Below, one piece after another: positions 47,052-54,800 of a DNA stretch of 64,000 bases (the first letter of the stretch is position 1; each line of letters opens with the position of its first letter). The notes beneath the pieces were generated by a model. That model searched no databases and was not told where the DNA came from. It was given only the letters and a program-made list of their open reading frames with translations. The translations under genes were made by a program, and so were the position numbers. The stretch is from positions 760 to 64,759 of the forward strand of contig CAYYSU010000007.1 of the NCBI GenBank assembly GCA_964474455.1, read 5' to 3'. This stretch comes from an uncultured Bacteroidales bacterium (GTDB lineage: Bacteria; Bacteroidota; Bacteroidia; Bacteroidales; BM520).

Positions 47052-48245
47052 ATGGATGATATTAAAACAATCGTAAACGGTCTGGCGCACGATACAATCG
47101 ACGAAGTCGTTTCCATCAGAAGGAAAATCCATGCGTACCCGGAGATCTCTTTCGACGAGTATAAAACATCGGAACTGATACAGCAGAAACTCAAGGAGTG
47201 GGGCATCCATTTTCAGGGCGGCATTGCCACCACGGGAGTGGTAGCGCTTATCGAAGGCCACAATCCTGAAGGCCCAGTAATTGCTATGCGCGCCGATATG
47301 GATGCGCTTCCCATAGAAGAAAAAAATGACGTGGAATACGCCTCCGTCAGGCCGGGGTACATGCATGCCTGCGGCCACGACGCACACACCGCCATGGTAC
47401 TTGGTGCCGGAAAGATCATCCATGAGCTGCGCGATTATTTCTCGGGCAAAGTGATGCTTATCTTCCAGCCTTCCGAAGAGACGTACCCCGGCGGAGCAAA
47501 GGTGATGCTCGAAGAGGGCATCTTCAGCAAGATAAAACCTGATCTTATCTTCGGGCAACATGTTCTTCCGGAGCTCAACAGCGGAACAATAGGTATGCGC
47601 CCCGGACAATATATGGCTTCCTCCGACGAATTCTACATCCGTGTTCGAGGCAAAGGAGGGCACGGCGCTACCCCACACCTCAACATCGATCCCGTGGTTA
47701 TTGCTTCAGAGATAGTCCTTGCACTACAAACTCTGGTGAGCCGTAAAGCACACCCCGCCATGCCTACGGTAATATCTGTGGGAAAAATGATCGCCGACGG
47801 ACTCCCGAATGTCACCCCCGAAATAGTGGACATGGAGGGAATCATAAGAACCTTCGACGACAAATGGCGCAAAGAGATGCACCAGCTGGTAAAAAATACC
47901 GTCAAAGGTATATCTCACAGCCATGGCGCTACAGCAGAGGTAAATATCATCCATGGCTATCCATCTATATACAACGACGTTGACGTCACCGCAAGGGTAA
48001 AAAGATATGCAGAGATCTACTGGGGGAAACAAAATGTTAAAAATCTGCCTCAACGGATGACTTCCGACGATATGGCCTATTTCCTTAAAGAGGTTCCCGG
48101 GACATACTACCGTCTGGGATCAGGAAACCCGGAGAAGGGAATCACCGCCAACCTCCATTCTTCTACCTTTGACATTGACGAAGAGACACTACTTCCAGGG
48201 ATGGCATTCCTCTCGTATGTCGTACTTTCGGAGCTCGAGCGTTGA
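47052..48245 (+). CDS. M20D-family amidohydrolase (N-acyl-amino acid amidohydrolase / hippurate hydrolase-like)
   Basis: 397 aa from ATG 47052. IRRKIHAYPEISFDEYKTS, MHACGHDAHT, and QPSEE...GGA. The track ORF starts at GTG 46935, but that hydrophobic extension precedes the promoter box. Confidence 0.85.
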   Translation: MDDIKTIVNGLAHDTIDEVVSIRRKIHAYPEISFDEYKTSELIQQKLKEWGIHFQGGIATTGVVALIEGHNPEGPVIAMRADMDALPIEEKNDVEYASVRPGYMHACGHDAHTAMVLGAGKIIHELRDYFSGKVMLIFQPSEETYPGGAKVMLEEGIFSKIKPDLIFGQHVLPELNSGTIGMRPGQYMASSDEFYIRVRGKGGHGATPHLNIDPVVIASEIVLALQTLVSRKAHPAMPTVISVGKMIADGLPNVTPEIVDMEGIIRTFDDKWRKEMHQLVKNTVKGISHSHGATAEVNIIHGYPSIYNDVDVTARVKRYAEIYWGKQNVKNLPQRMTSDDMAYFLKEVPGTYYRLGSGNPEKGITANLHSSTFDIDEETLLPGMAFLSYVVLSELER

Positions 48246-48314
48246 TTGCATCAAACATCTTATTGACGTAATTAACGTTGCATAGCTATTACCAATTTTT
48301 AGATATTAATTTCG

Positions 48315-48322
48315 TATCTTTG
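48315..48322 (+). promoter_or_regulatory. -7 box TATCTTTG upstream of the MtnA-like gene
   Basis: Exact octamer 61 nt upstream of the ATG at 48384. Confidence 0.4.
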
Positions 48323-48383
48323 GCACTCTTCGGCAAGGATCTGATACATATTGTCAAGTACACTTTCCGTTAACCCTGAAGCT

Positions 48384-49454
48384 ATGAAAGTAAACAACAT
48401 CCACTACCTTACCATCCGCATGGAAGGCTCTTCCGTTTTTATGGTAGAGCAAAACAAGTTACCCTTTGAATTCACTGTTTATGAAGCCAAAAGCTACCGT
48501 GATACGTGCATGGCAATTACTACTATGATCACGCGCGGTGCCGGCGCCATCGGTGCCGCCGGCGGCTTCGCCATGGCGCAGGCCTTTATGGACACCGTTC
48601 CCCCAAAGCAGCCCAGGGAAACGAACAGGGAATCTTACCTCCGGAAAGCCCGCGAAGAGATCCGGAAGACACGCCCCACAGCACAAAACCTCTTCTACGC
48701 CATCGACAGGGTGTATAAAGCAGGAATGGAAGATGGTGAAGATGCTGCCATAGCAGAGGCACAAAAGATAGCTCAGGAGAATGTGGAAGAAGGACGCACC
48801 ATCGGGATGTATGGACGTGAGCTTATCACCGACGGCATGAAGGTGATGACACACTGCAACGCCGGATGGCTGGGATTTGTGGACTACGGAACCGCTGTCT
48901 CGGTTATACATCTCGCCCGGGAGCAGGGCAAGAAGTTCTTTGTGTGGGCTAACGAGACCCGGCCACGCAGCCAGGGAGCACGCCTCACAGCATGGGAGTT
49001 GGTCAATGCCGGCATCTATCACGCCATTGTCCCCGACAACGCCGGTGCATGGCTTATGGAAAAAGGCGACGTGGATATGATTATCGTCGGGGCGGATCGC
49101 ATCGCTGCCAATGGCGACACGGCGAATAAAATCGGAACCCTCGAAAAGGCCATAGTGGCAAAACGTTTCAACGTGCCGTTCTATGTGGCCGCGCCACTCT
49201 CCACCTTTGATATGGAGTGCCCTGATGGTTCACAAATACCTATCGAACAGCGAAGCGAAGATGAAGTGCACTACCAAACGGGGCCGGACAGGGAGGGCAT
49301 AATGCGAACCATACGTGTTTCAGCACCGGGATCAAAAGCAATAAACCCTGCCTTCGACGTGACACCTGCTGAACTCATCACCGCGATCATTACCGACAAA
49401 GGAATTATTAAACCCGAAACCAAAACCATAGCAGCGTTGTTTAACAGACAGTAA
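48384..49454 (+). CDS. mtnA: eIF-2B alpha/beta/delta-family sugar-phosphate isomerase (S-methyl-5-thioribose-1-phosphate isomerase-like)
   Basis: 356 aa from ATG 48384. MITRGAGAIGAAGGFAMAQ, HCNAGWL, ETRPRSQGARLTAWEL, GADRIAANGDTANKIGT, and DVTPAELITAIITDKG. Exact substrate (MTR-1-P versus another ribose-1-phosphate derivative) cannot be fixed from sequence. Confidence 0.7.
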   Translation: MKVNNIHYLTIRMEGSSVFMVEQNKLPFEFTVYEAKSYRDTCMAITTMITRGAGAIGAAGGFAMAQAFMDTVPPKQPRETNRESYLRKAREEIRKTRPTAQNLFYAIDRVYKAGMEDGEDAAIAEAQKIAQENVEEGRTIGMYGRELITDGMKVMTHCNAGWLGFVDYGTAVSVIHLAREQGKKFFVWANETRPRSQGARLTAWELVNAGIYHAIVPDNAGAWLMEKGDVDMIIVGADRIAANGDTANKIGTLEKAIVAKRFNVPFYVAAPLSTFDMECPDGSQIPIEQRSEDEVHYQTGPDREGIMRTIRVSAPGSKAINPAFDVTPAELITAIITDKGIIKPETKTIAALFNRQ

Positions 49455-49473
49455 CAACTATCTTTGCTGCTGC

Positions 49474-51300
49474 ATGAACGAAAAAGCACTACGCCCGATT
49501 ACCGACTGGCTGCCCATCACCAAACAGGAGATGGAAAAGCACGGCTGGTCGCAACCCGATGTTATACTTATCAGCGGCGACGCTTATGTGGATCACCCTG
49601 CATTTGGAAATGCCTTTATCGCCCGCGTGCTGGAATATGCCGGGCTGAAAGTAGCAATCATCCCACAACCCAACTGGCAGGATGACCTGAGAGACTTTAA
49701 GAAGTTCGGAGCACCGAGACTCTTTTTTGCCATCACCTCCGGAAATATGGACTCTATGGTGAACCATTATACCGCAAACAAACGCTTACGCTCCGACGAT
49801 GCATATACACCGGGAAATAAGGCCGGTTTTAGACCCGACTACGCCCTCACCGTTTATAGTAAAATCATCAAAGAGCTATATCCTGATTCGCCGGTTATAA
49901 TCGGCGGCATAGAAGCGTCACTGCGAAGGCTCACACACTACGACTACTGGTCGGATGAGTTAAAGCAGTCGGTGCTGGCGGAGACAAAAGCCGACCTCCT
50001 GGTTTACGGCATGGGAGAATTACCTATTACGCAAATAGCTGAACGCATACAAAAAGGGGAAGATATCTCCACATTGACGGATATTCCACAGACGGCACTT
50101 CTCACCACAAACCCCACCCCGGAAGCCACATTCCTGGCAGAATTTAACCTCTGCAAAAAGGACAAACGAGCCTTCGCTGAGGCATTTAAAATCATAGAGA
50201 CAGAGTCGAACAGGATGAAGCCTGCAACGCTGGCACAGAAACAGGAAGACGGAATCTTCGTGCAGGTAAACCCACCATTTCCAACCATGGAAAGCCATAT
50301 ACTGGACAAATATTACGAATTGCCATACACCAGAACACCTCATCCCAAATATAAAAAACGCGGAGTTATTCCGGCGTATGAGATGATTCGCCACTCAGTG
50401 AACATCCATCGCGGATGCTTTGGCGGATGCGCCTTCTGCACAATATCAGCACACCAGGGGAAATTTATCGCCTCCAGAAGTGAGAAATCCATACTTAAAG
50501 AGGTGAAAAAGATTACAGAAATGGAGGATTTCTACGGCACCATTACCGACCTGGGAGGGCCGTCGGCTAATATGTACCGCATGAAAGGTGTGGACGAAAG
50601 GTTGTGTCTCAAATGCAGAAGACCGTCGTGTGTGTTTCCCATGATCTGCAAAAACCTGGATGCAGATCACAAACCCTTAACAGAACTATACACCAAAGCG
50701 CGAAAGATAAAAGGTGTGAAGCACGTATTCATCAGTAGCGGCATACGTTACGACATGCTGCTATCCGCAAACCATCATACCAATGTACATATCAGCGAAT
50801 ACACATCCAATCTCATCCGGCATCATATCAGTGGTAGGCTAAAGGTAGCGCCGGAGCACACCTCCGACGATGTGCTTAACATCATGAGAAAGGGAAGCTT
50901 TTCACAGTTTCATGTATTCAAGAAGCTCTTCGACAAGGGCAACAAAGAGGTCGGATTAAAGCAGCAGCTTATCCCCTATTTCATCAGTAGTCACCCGGGG
51001 AGTAAACTAACAGATATGGCTCATCTTGCCGCAGAGACCAAGGCCATGGGCTTTCGTTTGGAGCAGATCCAGGATTTCACTCCCACACCGATGACCCTGG
51101 CCACAGTAATGTTCTACACCGGCCTTGACCCGTACACCGGGAAGCCTGTTTACACCGCCAAATCACAGAATGACAAGAGAGATCAGCGGATATTCTTTTT
51201 CTGGTACAAGGGAGAAAACCGACGCCGTATCACCACCATCTTAGATAAGGAGAACAGGCTCGATCTGGCGAAGGCGCTGTTGGCAGGCAAGAAAAGGTGA
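49474..51300 (+). CDS. ygiQ: YgiQ-family radical SAM protein (UPF0313)
   Basis: 608 aa. N-terminal DVILISGDAYVDHPAFGNAFIARVLE and radical-SAM-type Cys motif RGCFGGCAFCTI are typical of YgiQ. Confidence 0.88.
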   Translation: MNEKALRPITDWLPITKQEMEKHGWSQPDVILISGDAYVDHPAFGNAFIARVLEYAGLKVAIIPQPNWQDDLRDFKKFGAPRLFFAITSGNMDSMVNHYTANKRLRSDDAYTPGNKAGFRPDYALTVYSKIIKELYPDSPVIIGGIEASLRRLTHYDYWSDELKQSVLAETKADLLVYGMGELPITQIAERIQKGEDISTLTDIPQTALLTTNPTPEATFLAEFNLCKKDKRAFAEAFKIIETESNRMKPATLAQKQEDGIFVQVNPPFPTMESHILDKYYELPYTRTPHPKYKKRGVIPAYEMIRHSVNIHRGCFGGCAFCTISAHQGKFIASRSEKSILKEVKKITEMEDFYGTITDLGGPSANMYRMKGVDERLCLKCRRPSCVFPMICKNLDADHKPLTELYTKARKIKGVKHVFISSGIRYDMLLSANHHTNVHISEYTSNLIRHHISGRLKVAPEHTSDDVLNIMRKGSFSQFHVFKKLFDKGNKEVGLKQQLIPYFISSHPGSKLTDMAHLAAETKAMGFRLEQIQDFTPTPMTLATVMFYTGLDPYTGKPVYTAKSQNDKRDQRIFFFWYKGENRRRITTILDKENRLDLAKALLAGKKR

Positions 51301-51460
51301 CGGGTAGAATCGTAGCGCTTCCTGATTTTTATTCAATAATTATAGAAACTATTGCCACACATTTGAAAATCAGACACCAAGCCGTAATAAATATGACAGT
51401 AGATTAGGGTTATGGTTTTCGAGTCTCTATATCCCAAAATCCTCTCCCGGTAAATTCGCA

Positions 51461-51508
51461 CCGCCGTGCGAATCTTAGGAGAACACCATGCCACTGCCGT
51501 GCGAATCT
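51461..51508. repeat. Two 15-nt direct repeats (C[C/T]GCCGTGCGAATCT) 33 nt apart in a 530-bp non-coding gap
   Basis: CCGCCGTGCGAATCT at 51461-51475 and CTGCCGTGCGAATCT at 51494-51508. The first copy is part of a hairpin ATTCGCA (51454-51460) / TGCGAAT (51467-51473). ATCCTCTCC flanks the pair at 51439 and 51525. Confidence 0.8.
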
Positions 51509-51830
51509 CAGATAATATAACAGCATCCTCTCCTGCGACTAAAAATAAATTATTTATCATATACAATACACTGCGTTCCATAAAAAAAACACAAAACACT
51601 TGGCATTAGATCAACAATATATAATAATTGTAAGCACATTTGGGGTGATGCATTTTTGAAGTCAAGACATTTTTGTACGCAAGATACTAAATCGCTGTAA
51701 ACATATAAAACTCCTGACAACGCCAATCCCTATAGATAGGGATGACATCTTTTTCATAACATATAAAAATACAGCAGCAACACGATACTAGCGTCACCAA
51801 CAGAATAAAATCAAGATCATAGCTTAAGGC

Positions 51831-54800
51831 TTATCGCCCCACAACAAATCTTTTTACAGCAGTTCCCAGAGCTGTCTTTATCTTAAGCATATATACTCCG
51901 GGGCTGAGATCTTCTGTTTCGATCTCTGTCTTTCCGTAACATCCGTCCTTAATCATAAGTTCCTGACCTGATATAGTGTACACTTTAACACTATAGTCGT
52001 TATTATTCATAACCTCAACAAACAGCACATCTTTAGCGGGGACAGGATACATATTCACTGTTAGTATAGCATTTTCAGGATTTCCGGTAACTTTTGTAAA
52101 TGAGGTTACTGCACCTAAGCCATTGGAGGCGAAAAGTTCCTTATTCGGGTAGTTTTCACTGAATTCGGCTGCCAATATGGTTTCCGTATTCGTCTCTTTC
52201 TGCCATAAGCGGAATTGCATCGGTTCATTCTCTATCATACCGTCAATAGAATCTGTGGTAGGATCATCGCCGAACACTGTAACTGCACTATTTTGTCCAT
52301 TTTGAGATATCTCAACGACACCCACGCAACGACCGGCTGCATTAAATACTCCGAGGATATCGCCACTACAAAACTCCGATATCACATCAGATACTAAAGA
52401 TATAATATGCGAATTTGCTGTACGGGTAACACTATTCCATGGGTTTACAAACTCTTTAGTATAATTCTCGACCTTCGAGGCTGTTCCATTTGCAAATGAT
52501 ATCTGAGCAGGATTCTCCAGAGCCAACATATATGATTTTCCGGGTGTCAGGGTCTGAAGGCTATAAACCTGAGTTCCAGGCCAGTATACTTCAGGAGAGG
52601 CAACGGCTTTTACGATTAAGATATTCCCTGCAAGAGGTTCAAAAACAGAGGCTGCGGAGACCGGATCTTCAACGAGAACAGGTATCAGGCTCCATCCCTG
52701 ATCCAGATCGATAGCAAGTACTTCTGCCGGGTCTCCGATGAAGGTAACATTAACAGGATTCTCAACCTTAATTTTATACCCCTGCCATGTATCCCAGTTC
52801 GGGATCGTATTAGCATAAGGTGGCCAGTAAACTCCGGTGAGATCTTTCACAATAACGAGGTCATCAAATATTGGAGCAAAGATATTCTCCGTGCTATTAT
52901 CGTCAGGGACTACCCATGAGGATATTCCACTCCATCCTGCATTCAAAGAGACCTGATGAACAGATTGGCATGTATCTACTACATTTACGGTAACCTCAGC
53001 ACAATTTGAGATACCACATAAGGATTCCCATAAAGCATAATATGTTGTCGTATCCTGAGGAGAGGGGATTATTATCTGTATGCCTGTTCCAATAGCACCG
53101 CCACCGCAGCTTCCTTCATACCAGTTCACAACATCACCATTTCCACCATGTGCGGTAAGGGTAATTGTTCCGGGATCATTAATACATACTTCCGTTTGTG
53201 ATGCCGTAACCTCTTCAGGTGCTTCAGGTAAAGGAAGTACTGTCACAACGACAGGAACACATTCTGAAACAGCACACTCATTTTCCCATTGAGCACAATA
53301 TATTGTTTCCTCAACAGGAGAATCAACAAATAAAGGAGAACCCGTTCCTATCATAACATCATCTACATACCAGGCAATATTTTCACCTGCGCCACCCTGA
53401 GCATAAAGAGTTATCTGACCGGGGTCATTAACACAAACCTCTTCAACAGAAGCATATACAGTTTCAGGAGCTACGGGAAGCTCTATTACTGTCACATCTA
53501 CAGAGATACAATCGCTGATACCACAACTGTTTTCCCATGCAGCACAATATGTGGTAGGGATAACCGGGGATGCCAAAGTTAGCGGAGTACCGGAGCCGAT
53601 ATAGTTGTCATTGGCAAACCACTTCATCTCATCACCGGAACCCTCTTCACTATAAAGGGTTATTGTTCCGGAATCGTTAATACACACATTAGAATCTGAT
53701 ACTGTTACAAGAGTTGGAGCTACAGGAAGAGGAAGAACGGTTATTGTGAATGGCGTGCATTCACTAAATCCGCAGCTATTTTCAAAAGCGGCACAATATG
53801 TTGTTGTTATCTCAGGAGAATCGATAGTTATATCACTTCCGGTACCGATTTCAAGGTCTTCAACATACCAGTGTACAACATCTCCACTTCCGCCAACAGC
53901 AGTTAGAGTAATTGTTCCGGGGTCGTTAACACACACTTGATCGCGTGATGAGACCACCATATCGGGAGCTATGGCAACAGGAAGGACATTTACCGTTACC
54001 GGTATCAACTCGCTGCTGTCGCATATATTTTTCCATGCGGCATAGTATGTTGTAGTCTCTTCAGGTGAATCGACCTCTAAAGGTGTTCCTGTTCCTGCTA
54101 TTTCTCCATTGGCATACCAATTCAGGACATCACCACTACCACCTATGGCAGCAAGCTCTATTGTTCCTGAATCATTAATACAAACCTCATAATCTGATGA
54201 GATCACTGATTCCGGAGCGACAGGTAATGGTAAGACCGTAATGGTAACCGATACACACTCTGTAATACCACAGTTATTTTCATATTGGGCGCAGTATGTA
54301 GTGGTAACTTCCGGAGAGTTGATGACAAGTGGATTTCCGATGCCCATTTCTATACCTTCAGAGAACCATCGTAATATAGCACCATTTCCTCCGGTTGCGG
54401 TAAGAAAAATTGTTCCGGCATCGTCAGCACAGAAGCCATCTCTGTCTGAAGTAATGCTTTGTGGCGCCACCGGCTGGTCAACAACAATCACTGTAGCATT
54501 ATCTGAAGCCGAGGAGAGGAATGTACTTAAATCGCAACGATAAACTGTATTTGCATTTGGCGATACAATAATCTGAGTTTGTGAAGAAGAGAACCCTGCC
54601 GGTATTGATGACCAGGCAAATGTATAATTTCCGGATCCACCACCCGGGCTGGCACTCAATATAAGATTGTTGCCTGCACATAGTTCTGTGCTTTCAGGCC
54701 ACACCTCCACAGTAAGCACATCTGCATTAAGACTTAATAGTTCGCTAAGCGCATTGGTATGATATTTTCCATCAAAGGTATAGGGATTCGTAACATGATA

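Noticed and set aside
46974-49022. Long alternative-frame or antisense ORFs (234 aa at 46974-47678, 187 aa at 48459-49022, and several of 70-110 aa).
   Set aside because: They overlap well-supported M20D and MtnA-like genes. Their translations are Arg/Gly/Ala/Pro-rich, as expected from stop-poor GC-rich DNA. I treat them as artefacts.
51333-51599. 88-aa minus-strand ORF with the internal peptide repeat EIRTAV...KIRTAV.
   Set aside because: The peptide repeat is simply the translation of the 15-nt DNA direct repeat. There is no start context, promoter or family resemblance. I treat the region as non-coding.
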